Assembly (NCBI GenBank): GCA_018238155.1 | Contig: JABCTZ010000046.1 | Span: 128,001-192,000 of the forward strand | Reading direction: 5' to 3' | Length of the DNA stretch: 64,000 nucleotides | Origin: Candidatus Heimdallarchaeota archaeon | GTDB lineage: Archaea > Asgardarchaeota > Heimdallarchaeia > JABLTI01 | Part shown: piece by piece, positions 18,370-28,795 of the stretch | Layout of the letters: every line of letters starts with the position of its first letter | Numbering within the stretch: position 1 is the first letter of the stretch | Notes under the pieces: generated by a model | Told to the model about the DNA's origin: nothing | Database searches by the model: none | What the model saw: only the letters and a program-made list of their open reading frames with translations | Translations under genes and position numbers: made by a program

Positions 18370-19881
18370 TCATTCAATTTGATCGAGTTTTTCTGATGTT
18401 TTAACATTCTTATCGTATAATCCTTCATATGGAGCTCGTTCTCCAGTATTGTAACGCTTGTAAGGGTCTTTGATAAAGGAAACAAACAACATTCCAATTA
18501 TGAAGAACAGTACGAGTGATCCTAGCGCAATTCTAAAAGAATCATTCTCATCTAAGAGAAATGTCTTGGTTCCAAGAAGCATCATCCCAGCAAATATTAA
18601 TGGAGAAACTATTGCACTTACTCTTCCAGCGATTTTTTGGAAACCATTGTATTGAGCTAGTTTGTCAGGGGGAGCAAGAACCATGATAAATTGTCTACCG
18701 ATAATCCAAATGCTTCCAAAACCAATTCCAATACATACTGCACCAAAGAACATTATCCACCAAGGAGTGGTAATACCAAAAAGCTGCCACCCTGCAGCCA
18801 TGGTGAAACCTACACCACCAATCCATGCTAATCCACTTATCAGGAAAGTCTTCTTAGGACCAACGCGCTTCAAAACATGACCCGTTATGAAACCAAATAC
18901 TACTGAGAGTAAAATAGCTACTATAATAATAATGTAGGTTAAACCTGTATCAACTCCAACAGCACCTTCTATTACCGGCACCATAAAGAGAATAGTTGTA
19001 TTTGCAGCATCTACTAAGAAAAACCAACCAATAATAAATAGAATAGAATTACGATCTTTAAAAACGGTTTTAAAAGAATCAATTAGAGCCCTACGAGATT
19101 GCTTAAGATTTTCTCTGGGTTTTAGACCACTTGGAGTTTCTTGTTCCTTGTGGAAAAGATAAGGAATAGACATTAGAATGATAAGAATACCTGCTACTAG
19201 AAAGAGCCAACGCAAGTTTCCTAATTCAATATCAGGAATTGATGTCGAACCAATTCTCCAAATACTTGGTTCAGTTTTAGACCATTTAGGTGAGCCTCCA
19301 ATACCATTAACAACCATTCCCAGAACAACTCCTACTATAGAACCAATTGCTGCAAGGGCTCCACCAATTGATTGAACAATACTCCGATCCTCTGTTTCAG
19401 CTATAAATGGAATTTGAGAATCATATAACATTCTTCCAGTTTGATACATAAAATTGGCTATCACGAAAAGAATGCATGCCCACCAAAAGTTTTCCCAGAT
19501 GGTTATGAGCATCGTTACTGTTACCATTATTGATGCAACGATAATAACAACAGGTTTTCTCTTTCCAAGAGTATCAGAAATTGCTCCGATATATGGACTA
19601 ATAATTGCAACCAACAAATTTGAACCAGCCATAAAAGCTGAAACAATGACGAAAGTTGTTACATAATCCCAACCTTTCAGTGCTCCTAAAAGCAATGCGA
19701 ATGGTGTGAATGCCAAGCTAATAACAGTTTGAGAGAAAAACGTATCAGCCATATCATAGCTGTACCATAGAAAAGCATTTCTTCTATCGGTTTTCTTTGA
19801 CTCTATTGAAGTTGCTTCATCTTCTTCTATAACCAATTTTGAATTTGACATTTTTATCTTACCTCGTATACATCTAATCAA
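18370..19881 (-). CDS. MFS transporter (UMF1/BtlA-like)
   Basis: About 12 TMs; WYSYDMA; GAISDTLGKRK motif A. Confidence 0.9.
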   Translation of the reverse strand: MIRCIRGKIKMSNSKLVIEEDEATSIESKKTDRRNAFLWYSYDMADTFFSQTVISLAFTPFALLLGALKGWDYVTTFVIVSAFMAGSNLLVAIISPYIGAISDTLGKRKPVVIIVASIMVTVTMLITIWENFWWACILFVIANFMYQTGRMLYDSQIPFIAETEDRSIVQSIGGALAAIGSIVGVVLGMVVNGIGGSPKWSKTEPSIWRIGSTSIPDIELGNLRWLFLVAGILIILMSIPYLFHKEQETPSGLKPRENLKQSRRALIDSFKTVFKDRNSILFIIGWFFLVDAANTTILFMVPVIEGAVGVDTGLTYIIIIVAILLSVVFGFITGHVLKRVGPKKTFLISGLAWIGGVGFTMAAGWQLFGITTPWWIMFFGAVCIGIGFGSIWIIGRQFIMVLAPPDKLAQYNGFQKIAGRVSAIVSPLIFAGMMLLGTKTFLLDENDSFRIALGSLVLFFIIGMLFVSFIKDPYKRYNTGERAPYEGLYDKNVKTSEKLDQIE

Positions 19882-19918
19882 TTAATTTGTAAGTTAATAC
19901 TCTTGATTTCTCTCTCTG

Positions 19919-20953
19919 TTAAATCCTAGTCAATTTCTTTTCAAACTCGCGCAAAGATTGTGGAATATTTGTTTTCCCATCAACTAGAGCAAATTCCCGA
20001 AGAACAGCAGTTACCATTCGTTCTCTTTTGGATTCATCAGTATTCAAATAGAAGAATCGTCCATTTGGGAGTTCTTTTGCTATTTTAGGATATTCAATTT
20101 GTTCGTGAACTTTATCTGTTGTTCCATTAAAAACAAGAATCTCTTTTTGTATTTCATTTAGTCTACCATACAGATTCAATTTTCTTGCTTGATAAGCTGC
20201 TTTTTTCCATTTTCTAGCATCTGCATTATCAAGAAAATCTTCTGATCTTTTTTTCTGAGTTTTCTCTTTCATATTACCAAATAGAACCCACTTGAAAAGT
20301 GGTTTCAACCAATTAACAAGAAATGCTGGAACAATTGGCGCTATATCTAAAAGAAATCTATTAAACCATAATTTATGCATTGGATCAAAAGTAATCATTG
20401 TTGGGGCATGGAGTGTTTTTTCCAACAATCCGAGAAGCTGTATCGTTGCACCCCAACATGGACCTGCGATAATAAAATCAGTATTTTGTAACTCTAAGAA
20501 ATTAATTGTGGATTGAATATCTTTTGCATTTTGTGAAATAGACATATCAGCTTTTCGGATGGGGTTGATTCTGCTTGAACCTTTCTCTCGAGTTTCAACA
20601 TAATAAAATTCTATAGAATCAAATAATCCTTCATACAAGTCTTGAAATCCATCAGCAATAACTCCCCAACCAGGAATAAATAAAATGATTCTTTTGTTTT
20701 TAGGTTTCTTAGGAGTAACATGAAGAACGCGAATTTTCCCACCGTCTACTGGAACAAATATTTCTTCTGTTATTTCCTTATCCCAGTATTTTACCCCTTC
20801 TTTACGTGTTGAATCTATTAATTGGTCTATTTTCATCTGTTGTTCTTCAGTTACCTGTAGCTCTTGTGATTTCTCTTGAATATCATCTGAATCTATTTTC
20901 TTCTTCTTTTTCATACCTTGAGCCCCAAAGTATTTTTGCTGATAAGTTGCCAA
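19919..20953 (-). CDS. Alpha/beta-hydrolase fold protein with a GxCxG elbow
   Basis: ILFIPGW oxyanion motif, ETREKGSS, IIAGPCWG, VFNGTTDKVH. Confidence 0.75.
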   Translation of the reverse strand: MATYQQKYFGAQGMKKKKKIDSDDIQEKSQELQVTEEQQMKIDQLIDSTRKEGVKYWDKEITEEIFVPVDGGKIRVLHVTPKKPKNKRIILFIPGWGVIADGFQDLYEGLFDSIEFYYVETREKGSSRINPIRKADMSISQNAKDIQSTINFLELQNTDFIIAGPCWGATIQLLGLLEKTLHAPTMITFDPMHKLWFNRFLLDIAPIVPAFLVNWLKPLFKWVLFGNMKEKTQKKRSEDFLDNADARKWKKAAYQARKLNLYGRLNEIQKEILVFNGTTDKVHEQIEYPKIAKELPNGRFFYLNTDESKRERMVTAVLREFALVDGKTNIPQSLREFEKKLTRI

Positions 20954-21082
20954 ACTTAAGATTATAAAACTATATGAGATTAAAATGATTTTCCCTAAAT
21001 TGACCCTTTTTTCTACTTATTTTTGTCATTAAAACAAGAAGAAGTCTTAAATCCTACTTCAATAATTTTAGAGCTGGTTAAT

Positions 21083-22735
21083 ATGACAAGCACTCTAAAA
21101 ACTCGAAAGGAAAATTTAGCTCTTTTAGCGAAAGAGCACTATGATGTTTTAATTATTGGTGCAGGTATTACTGGAGCAGGAATTGCTTGGGATGCTGCTC
21201 TTCGGGGTTTGAAGGTTGCAATAGTTGATAAAGAGGATTTTGGAGCAGGTACAAGTAGTGGTTCTTCTAAACTTGCCCATGCAGGTATTCGTTATCTCGC
21301 TTATGGTGAATTCAGCTTAGTACGACATGCATCTCGAGAGCGCATATGGATGTTTACACATATTCCACATCAAACGGCTCCTCTTCCATTCCTTATTCCC
21401 ATTTACAAAAAAGGAAAAAATAGTATGATAAAGATGATCTTTGCCGGTGCAATGTATGATATCTTGTCTTTTTTCAAGAATACTAAAACACACAGATTTC
21501 TTTCGAAAAAGAAAACTCTCGAAAAAGTTCCGAATCTTAAAAGCGGGACATTGAAACGCTCACTCTTCTATTACGATGGGACGATGGATGACGCTCGGGT
21601 AACCCTTGAAACTATCCTTTCTGCTCGAGAGTGTGGTGCTCTGTGTTTAAATCATGTCAAAGTTGAAGAATTAAACAAGAAACAAGGACCAGATGGTTTA
21701 AATCAAATCTCAACAATTCTCGCAAGGGATTTGCTTTCTGGGGAAGAAATTAAGATACAAGCAAAAATAATAGTAAATGCAACAGGTCCTTGGACAGATG
21801 AGCTCATTAGCAAAGCTATGGACAGAAAAAGTAAAATTTTACGTACTACAAAAGGAATTCATATAATAACAAAACGAATCATAAAAGAAGATGTTATCAC
21901 AGTCATTACAGCAGATGATGATCGTGGAATGTTTATTATTCCATTTAGAAAAGATTATTCATTAACAGGCACTACAGATACTTTTTATGATGGTGATTTT
22001 AATCATGTTGATGTAGTACAATCAGATATTGACTATGTTATTTCTGCAATCAATAATGACTTTCCTGGAAGCGTTACGAAGGATGATGTTATTAGTGCTT
22101 ATTCTGGCATTCGTCCCTTATTGATTTCTCCAAAAGCTAAAGCTGAAACAGACACCTCTCGAGGATTTGAAATCATAAAAATGCTACCTAATTTTTTCAC
22201 CATTACAGGTGGTAAGTACACCATTTTCAGATATATGGCAGAAAAAATGGTTGATCGTTTAGTTAAAGAGCTTCAATATAAGAAAAAAGATTTCAAATGC
22301 ACAACCAAAAATTCTTTTGTTCATGGTGGCGAAGGAATTGAAGATATAAAGGATTATATAGCTAATAATGTTCCAAAAATAAGCAAAAAATACAAGTTAG
22401 AAGAAGATATTGCTGAGCACATTATCAACACTTATGGAACAATGCATACTGAAGTCTTGAAATTCATTGAAGTGAAAAAAACTTTAGGAAAAAGAATAGC
22501 AAAAGGTAGACCACATATTTTTGCTGAAGTGCACTACTCTGTAGCTAATGAAATATGCTTAACTTTGAGTGATTTTATGCTTCGTCGGTCACAATTACAA
22601 TTACTTGATCATCAAGGTCTTGATTGTGCAGAAAAAATTGCTAAGGAAATGGGTAAAATTCTTGCTTGGGATGAAGCTGAAATTAAGCAGCAATATTCTA
22701 ATTACAAGAAGGAATTGGTTTGGAATCCAAAATAG
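21083..22735 (+). CDS. glpD: FAD-dependent glycerol-3-phosphate dehydrogenase/oxidase
   Basis: GAGITGAGIAWDAALRGL, GTSSGSSKLAHAGIRYL, DDAR, VNATGPW, GGKYT, SDFMLRR. Confidence 0.9.
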   Translation: MTSTLKTRKENLALLAKEHYDVLIIGAGITGAGIAWDAALRGLKVAIVDKEDFGAGTSSGSSKLAHAGIRYLAYGEFSLVRHASRERIWMFTHIPHQTAPLPFLIPIYKKGKNSMIKMIFAGAMYDILSFFKNTKTHRFLSKKKTLEKVPNLKSGTLKRSLFYYDGTMDDARVTLETILSARECGALCLNHVKVEELNKKQGPDGLNQISTILARDLLSGEEIKIQAKIIVNATGPWTDELISKAMDRKSKILRTTKGIHIITKRIIKEDVITVITADDDRGMFIIPFRKDYSLTGTTDTFYDGDFNHVDVVQSDIDYVISAINNDFPGSVTKDDVISAYSGIRPLLISPKAKAETDTSRGFEIIKMLPNFFTITGGKYTIFRYMAEKMVDRLVKELQYKKKDFKCTTKNSFVHGGEGIEDIKDYIANNVPKISKKYKLEEDIAEHIINTYGTMHTEVLKFIEVKKTLGKRIAKGRPHIFAEVHYSVANEICLTLSDFMLRRSQLQLLDHQGLDCAEKIAKEMGKILAWDEAEIKQQYSNYKKELVWNPK

Positions 22736-22792
22736 TTTTCTAAACCATCCAAAATTCTTTTTATTATAAACTAGTTCTATTAATTGATTATC

Positions 22793-24055
22793 ATGAAAGC
22801 AATTATTTGTGGAGAAATAATTCCCGTTACAAGTGAACCAATTAAAAATGGTCATATTCTCATTGATGATAAAGGGAAAATAAAAGATATACGAGAAGGA
22901 TTAGCTGTACCAAAAGGTGTAGAAATTATAAATGCTAGAGCTATGGTTGCTTTTCCTGGATTAGTAGACCCCCATTGTCACGCCTCAGTTTTTGAGGAAA
23001 GTATTGGAATGGGAATGCAAGATGGAAACGAAGGAACAAATCCTCTTACACCTCAAATTAGAGTTATTGATGCTATCAACCCTGCAGATAAAGGATTAAG
23101 ACGTGCTCTTGCCGGAGGGATGACTACTATCTGTGTTTCCCCTGGAAGTGGCAATGTTGTTGGAGGACAGATGACAACTATCAAAACTCATGGAAAGATA
23201 GCTGATGAAATGATTATCCAAGAACTATCTGGAATGAAATGTGCCTTTGGAGAGAATCCAAAAAGGAGCTACGGTAGTAGAAATATCACTCCCTCAACTA
23301 GAATGGGAAGTCTTGGTTTATTCCGCCAGTTACTAATTGAAACACAAAATTACATGAATAAATGGAAGGAATACAAAAAGAAATTGAAACAGTACAAAGA
23401 TGATTTAAAGGAATTTGATTCGAAGAAAAAAACTGGTATTGATACTAATCTGAAGAAACCTGAAGAACCTTCTCTTCCAGAGAAGAATATCAAATATGAA
23501 GCAATGATACCTGTTTTTGAACGAAAAATACCTTTACGAGCACATGCTCATCAAGCTAACGATATTATTTCTGCAATCCGGTTAGCAAAAGAGTTTGAAC
23601 TTAAAGTTTACATTGATCATTGTAGTGAAGGTCACTACATCCTTGATTATTTAGTTGAAAACAAAATTCCAGCAATTGTTGGTCCTACTTTGAGTTACAA
23701 ATCAAAGATTGAAACTAGAAATAAAACATGGAAGACTTTAGGTATATTGTATAATGCCGGTATATTAGTCGCTTTAACTTCTGATCACCCAGTAACTCAT
23801 TGTCAATATCAAATGATTTATGCGATTTTGGCTCACAGAGAAGGCTTATCAAGACAAGGAACCTTTGAAGTTATCACCATCAATGGTGCAAAAATCTTAG
23901 GGTTACAAGACCGCATTGGTTCACTTGAAAAAGGAAAGGATGCTGATATTATACTATTTACGGGTGACCCACTTGATGCTCGTTCTAAAGTAGCTAAAGT
24001 GTTCATTGATGGTCAACAGGTATTTGATATCCAAGATGAAGAAGAATTATTTTAA
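22793..24055 (+). CDS. Metal-dependent amidohydrolase (paralog 1)
   Basis: PGLVDPHCH, KCAFGENPK, RAHAH, DHC, TSDHP, GSLEKGKDAD. Confidence 0.92.
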   Translation: MKAIICGEIIPVTSEPIKNGHILIDDKGKIKDIREGLAVPKGVEIINARAMVAFPGLVDPHCHASVFEESIGMGMQDGNEGTNPLTPQIRVIDAINPADKGLRRALAGGMTTICVSPGSGNVVGGQMTTIKTHGKIADEMIIQELSGMKCAFGENPKRSYGSRNITPSTRMGSLGLFRQLLIETQNYMNKWKEYKKKLKQYKDDLKEFDSKKKTGIDTNLKKPEEPSLPEKNIKYEAMIPVFERKIPLRAHAHQANDIISAIRLAKEFELKVYIDHCSEGHYILDYLVENKIPAIVGPTLSYKSKIETRNKTWKTLGILYNAGILVALTSDHPVTHCQYQMIYAILAHREGLSRQGTFEVITINGAKILGLQDRIGSLEKGKDADIILFTGDPLDARSKVAKVFIDGQQVFDIQDEEELF

Positions 24056-24196
24056 GCTTCTTCACATCACTCTTTTTTTATTAATAGATGATTAAAGTAG
24101 AGTCTATTTTGAACGTTCCAACAAAAATTGGACTACAAAAGATTTATTTTTCATAATTTCAACCTATGGAGTGTAATATTTGATTAATTAAATAGG

Positions 24197-25567
24197 TTGA
24201 TTATAATGAGCGAAAAAACTCCAAATGTAAAAGAACCTCTAGCAACTTTTAAACAAAGAGCTTTGGCAGGACTTGTTCCAGATTTTTTGGTTCCAGTTCT
24301 TTTAATGATTTGTGGTGGTATTCTTATAGGAATAGCCTCTGATGCCTTTACAATTGTGGGCGGTGTTATTTGTCAATTAGCAGCATTGATGACATTTATT
24401 GGAACCTTCATTTTCCTCCCTTACAAAAGAAGAGGGCAATCAAATGGCAAAATTAGGCAAAAGATTACTGTAAAGAAAATTGTTGATAAAGACAAGTGGA
24501 TATTAGCTGATTTAGGTGAAGGAGATGTTGGATTAATTGTTGGCAGAGCAATTGTCAATTGGATTGAAGTTTTCTTCATCATACCTTCATTAGTTTCATA
24601 TTTTATGATTAGTAGCAGTAATAATAACCAAACATTGACTGATCGTCTTTTTGGTACAGTTGTTATACAAATCGATCCAGAAGAGTACGATATGAAAAAG
24701 GAAGGAGAAGAAAAGGAAAGCAATAATTGTAGTAATTGTGGAACGCCATTTAAGAAAGGAAAACAATTCTGCTCAAAATGTGGTTCTGAAGCATCAAGCA
24801 GTAAAAAAACAATTGCAACAAAGAAAACAGCTCCAACCCAAGAAGGTGAAACAAATACTCCTGCTTTGATAAGCAAATTTATTCTATTGGGTGGTTCAAT
24901 ATTACCAATAATTACTCTCTTTCTGAGTGTTATATTAAGTCTACTAGTAACAATAAGTTTCAGTATTAATGCATGGGGTGGTTTTTGGCCTTTTAGTGGA
25001 TACTTGTTTTGGAGAGCAACTAAAGGTTTTCTGGTAGTAAGTTATATTTGTTTCTTCATAATGACAGGTGCAATAATTGTGTTAGCCTTTCAATATTCAG
25101 ATAAAGAAAGTATAAATTTGTTAGTTTCCAGTGGTTTATTTGGTGGATTTACTATTTTTTGGATCATATTTTATGAAGCCGGATGGAATTTTGCGCCTTT
25201 CTTGTTTCTTAATGGTAATCTAGTTAGTATTACTATTGGAGGTGTTATATTCTGGATATTAGCTTTAATTTTATTGATTCTGTCTTTATCTTTCTTCAAT
25301 AAATACATCAAACAAATAAATGAAGAACACAATCAAAACATACCAAAATTTTTTGGTCAATTCGTTTTGATACCTGTGATAGTTTTAAGATTAGTTTTCT
25401 TAATCATTGGTGTTGCTGCTATACCAGATCTTGCATTTGGAGCAATAATATACTACTTTAACAAAATATTTGTTTGGGTTGCATTGTTTACTATGATGGG
25501 AATATTTATCGGATTCATTTTTAGAGCGTTAAAATTCAACGCTAAACTAGTACCTACTAAAAGTTAA
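24197..25567 (+). CDS. RDD-family membrane protein with a central zinc ribbon and C-terminal TM domain
   Basis: ATFKQRALAGLVPD...GQSNGK...QTLTDRLFGTVVI (RDD); CSNCG/CSKCG; about 6 further TMs. Confidence 0.8.
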   Translation: MIIMSEKTPNVKEPLATFKQRALAGLVPDFLVPVLLMICGGILIGIASDAFTIVGGVICQLAALMTFIGTFIFLPYKRRGQSNGKIRQKITVKKIVDKDKWILADLGEGDVGLIVGRAIVNWIEVFFIIPSLVSYFMISSSNNNQTLTDRLFGTVVIQIDPEEYDMKKEGEEKESNNCSNCGTPFKKGKQFCSKCGSEASSSKKTIATKKTAPTQEGETNTPALISKFILLGGSILPIITLFLSVILSLLVTISFSINAWGGFWPFSGYLFWRATKGFLVVSYICFFIMTGAIIVLAFQYSDKESINLLVSSGLFGGFTIFWIIFYEAGWNFAPFLFLNGNLVSITIGGVIFWILALILLILSLSFFNKYIKQINEEHNQNIPKFFGQFVLIPVIVLRLVFLIIGVAAIPDLAFGAIIYYFNKIFVWVALFTMMGIFIGFIFRALKFNAKLVPTKS

Positions 25568-25782
25568 TAAAAATTCGAAAGAAGGTAATTCTTCTTTCCT
25601 TTTTCTTTTTATAGCTTTGATAATCCATTTCTTTTGTTTTTCTTTTTATGAGAACCAAAAATAAACGAGCAATATAATCTATAATAAATCAAAGCTATCA
25701 GTTTATTTTGAAGGTTCAATAGAATTTGAAGTTTCCAAAATCCTTAATAATTCTGAAGTAAAAAGAAAATTGTGATTTTTAT

Positions 25783-27039
25783 ATGAAAGCAATACTATGT
25801 GGAAAAATTATTCCAGTTACAAAAGAAGTCATCGAAAATGGTCATATTCTTATTGATGATAAGGGGAAAATCAAAAAAATCGGCAAAGGTTTTGATGTTC
25901 CCAAAGATGCAGAAATAATTGATGGGAAAGATTTAGTTGCTTTTCCAGGTATTATCGACGTTCATTGCCACGCTACAGTTTGGGAAGAAGAAATTGGTAA
26001 TAATCTTCAAGATGGTAACGAAATGACTGATCCAATTACTCCTCAAATCAGAGTGCTTGATGCAATCAATCCAATGGAAAGAGGTCTGCGAAGAGCTATC
26101 AGTGGAGGTGTTACTTGTATCTGTGTTTCTCCAGGTAGTGCTAATGTCGTAGGTGGTCAAATGACAACCATCAAAACACATGGCAAAATTGTTGATGATA
26201 TGGTCATCCAAGAAACAGCCGGAATGAAATGTGCCTTTGGTGAGAATCCAAAAAGAGTTTATGGTAGTCGCAATGTCATGCCCCAAACTCGAATGGGAAA
26301 CTTGGGTCTTTTTAGACAGCTAATGATCGAAACCCAGAATTATATGAACAAATGGGATGACTATACAAAGAAACTAAAACAATACAAAGAGGACTTGAAG
26401 GAATACAAAGCAAAAGAGGCAAAAAAGGAAAAGGATCTTAAGAAACCTCAAGAACCAACCAAACCAGATAAAAATATCAAATTTGAAGCAATGGTTCCCG
26501 TTTTTAAGAAAAAAATCCCATTGCGTGCTCATGCCCACCAAGCTAATGATATCATTTCTGCAGTTCGTTTAGCAAAAGAATTTGATGTTGATGTCTGCAT
26601 CGAACATTGTACTCATGGTCACCAAATAATTGACTTTCTAGTAGAAAATAAAGTGCCAGCAATTGTTGGTCCGACTTTTGGTTTTAGAACAAAAATCGAA
26701 TTGAATGACATGACTTGGAAAACCTTAGGTGAATTGTACAAAGCAGGAATTCTCGTTTCTCTTACAGCAGATCATCCAGTAGTTCCACTTCAATATCAAA
26801 CAATTTATGCAGCTTTGGCACATCGCGAAGGTTTACCACTTCAAGGTGCTTATGAAGTCCTCACTATCAACGGAGCAAAAATCTTAGGAATTGAGGATAG
26901 AGTTGGTTCCTTAGAAGAAGGCAAAGATGCTGACTTCTCACTCTTTACTGGCGATCCTTTAGACATTCAATCTAAACCTGCTAAAGTGTTCATTGATGGT
27001 GAATTAGTCTACGATATGAATGAAGAATACTTATTCTAA
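25783..27039 (+). CDS. Metal-dependent amidohydrolase (paralog 2)
   Basis: PGIIDVHCH, KCAFGENPK, RAHAH, EHC, TADHP. Highly similar to 22793-24055. Confidence 0.92.
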   Translation: MKAILCGKIIPVTKEVIENGHILIDDKGKIKKIGKGFDVPKDAEIIDGKDLVAFPGIIDVHCHATVWEEEIGNNLQDGNEMTDPITPQIRVLDAINPMERGLRRAISGGVTCICVSPGSANVVGGQMTTIKTHGKIVDDMVIQETAGMKCAFGENPKRVYGSRNVMPQTRMGNLGLFRQLMIETQNYMNKWDDYTKKLKQYKEDLKEYKAKEAKKEKDLKKPQEPTKPDKNIKFEAMVPVFKKKIPLRAHAHQANDIISAVRLAKEFDVDVCIEHCTHGHQIIDFLVENKVPAIVGPTFGFRTKIELNDMTWKTLGELYKAGILVSLTADHPVVPLQYQTIYAALAHREGLPLQGAYEVLTINGAKILGIEDRVGSLEEGKDADFSLFTGDPLDIQSKPAKVFIDGELVYDMNEEYLF

Positions 27040-27050
27040 AAAATAATGTT

Positions 27051-27082
27051 AGCCACATTGTGTGGCTTTTAATTTTCTTTTT
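27051..27082 (+). terminator. Hairpin plus T-tract between convergent genes
   Basis: AGCCACA-TTG-TGTGGCT followed by TTTAATTTTCTTTTT. Confidence 0.55.
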
Positions 27083-27086
27083 CAGC

Positions 27087-28664
27087 TTACCAATTACTAC
27101 CTATGAGTGCTAAAAAGAGCAAACTTACTACTGACATGACTGTTACAACCACGCCTTCAAGCAAATCAAATTTATTATCATCCATTATCATTGAGTGAAC
27201 AATTAAAGACATTACAAAAATACCTCCCGTTACAAGAGTTATTTCTAATGTTATTGGTATACCAATTGCAAATAATCCACTCAGTAGAAATGGCACTCCA
27301 AAGAGTATGTAAAATGTTTGATTTATTGCAGAAACTTGGTGTACTAGTCCAACCTCTTGTAGTTCTTTATCTTTACTCAACAATCCTCTGAAAGTTACTA
27401 CTAGTTCAGGAGAAGAGGATACAATTCCAACTAGTACAGCGTAAACTAATACAGGTACTTCATCTAAGATTAATTCGATTGTGTCAAAACCTTGTTCGAT
27501 AGATCTAGCTAGAATAAAACCACCCAGGATGATTCCTCCTAAACCGAAGAGAAATAGTGCAATAATAATAATCCATGGCCATCTTCTCAATGTATCAAAT
27601 GCGTGTTCTTCTCCACGACTTTTTCTATTATTCTTATTTGAAGAATCAAGTTCTTTTGTAGAATTATCACCATTACCATTTTCGTGATTTGTTTCAATTA
27701 ATCGTAATTGTAGTGGAGGTGATTCAGAATCAACTAGTATTACATCATCTTCATCAGGAAAGAATTCAGATATCAAAGTTTGTGGTGTAGATGTTTTCTT
27801 GCCTAATTGTCTTATTAAAAAGAAAATAAAGAAGAAGTAAACCAAGATAAGGGCTATTCCAATGACAATTTCAAATGGAGTTTGATATGTTATTGATTCT
27901 GATGGTGTGTCACCCTGCAGATTTTTAAACTCAAAATAAAATCCGTAGATCATTACCACAAAAGAGAACACAACCATCCCTTGTATTAGGTTTGTTTCAT
28001 AAAATGTTAATTCTTTTGGCAAATCGAAAGGTTCATTTTTTGATACATAAATCATTGATATACCAAGAAAGAAGATATTGATTATTACGGTAGTAAGAAT
28101 TAATACTATTGCAGCTGTTGCTAAATCCTCATTATTATGAGTTTTTGAGTTTACTAACAAGATAATAACTACTACAAGTTCTGCTAATGCTGCTCCAATT
28201 GCTTGAATAATGCCTGCAAGATATGGGTTCCAATTCATTTTATCTTGTATTCCTTTTACACCCATAATAATCAATTCTGCTGCTCCAAAAACAATTAGAA
28301 CACCGGCTATAAAGCCAATAATCATATAAATTAAACCCCAGACAATGGAATGTTCTATTTCAACCTTCATCACTCCACCAATTATGAAGAATGCAATCAT
28401 AAAAACTATACCAAGTATTAGAGAGATGATTGTGGATAAATGTAAATTTGAAAATAAAGTTTCTATTGCTTCTTCGGCTTCCACATCTTCCAAAATATCT
28501 GGAGAGTCATCTTCTTCAAAAATTGTTGTTGGCATATCCCAATCTTCGGGTTCTTGATAATCATCTATCTCTTTAACCTGTGTAGGCGGGGGTTTGCTTC
28601 CCTCGTCGTTCTTGTTCATCTGTTTTTGATTACCTCTGTAGGGAACTAATAATGAATAGTTCAA
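27087..28664 (-). CDS. Ca2+/cation antiporter (CaCA) superfamily-like membrane protein (paralog 1)
   Basis: Two TM repeats with alpha-repeat-like AIGAALAELVV and VSSSPELVV around an acidic loop. Confidence 0.75.
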   Translation of the reverse strand: MNYSLLVPYRGNQKQMNKNDEGSKPPPTQVKEIDDYQEPEDWDMPTTIFEEDDSPDILEDVEAEEAIETLFSNLHLSTIISLILGIVFMIAFFIIGGVMKVEIEHSIVWGLIYMIIGFIAGVLIVFGAAELIIMGVKGIQDKMNWNPYLAGIIQAIGAALAELVVVIILLVNSKTHNNEDLATAAIVLILTTVIINIFFLGISMIYVSKNEPFDLPKELTFYETNLIQGMVVFSFVVMIYGFYFEFKNLQGDTPSESITYQTPFEIVIGIALILVYFFFIFFLIRQLGKKTSTPQTLISEFFPDEDDVILVDSESPPLQLRLIETNHENGNGDNSTKELDSSNKNNRKSRGEEHAFDTLRRWPWIIIIALFLFGLGGIILGGFILARSIEQGFDTIELILDEVPVLVYAVLVGIVSSSPELVVTFRGLLSKDKELQEVGLVHQVSAINQTFYILFGVPFLLSGLFAIGIPITLEITLVTGGIFVMSLIVHSMIMDDNKFDLLEGVVVTVMSVVSLLFLALIGSNW

Positions 28665-28795
28665 ATCCGAGTATCTAATGTGAAAAAGGTAGCGCTTGTT
28701 TTTAAATGATTTGTAATCGCTTTCTTTTTATTACTTTGATACTAATTTCTACGGAAAAAGCAAGTAAAAATGACAAAAATGAGCTATTTTTTGAT

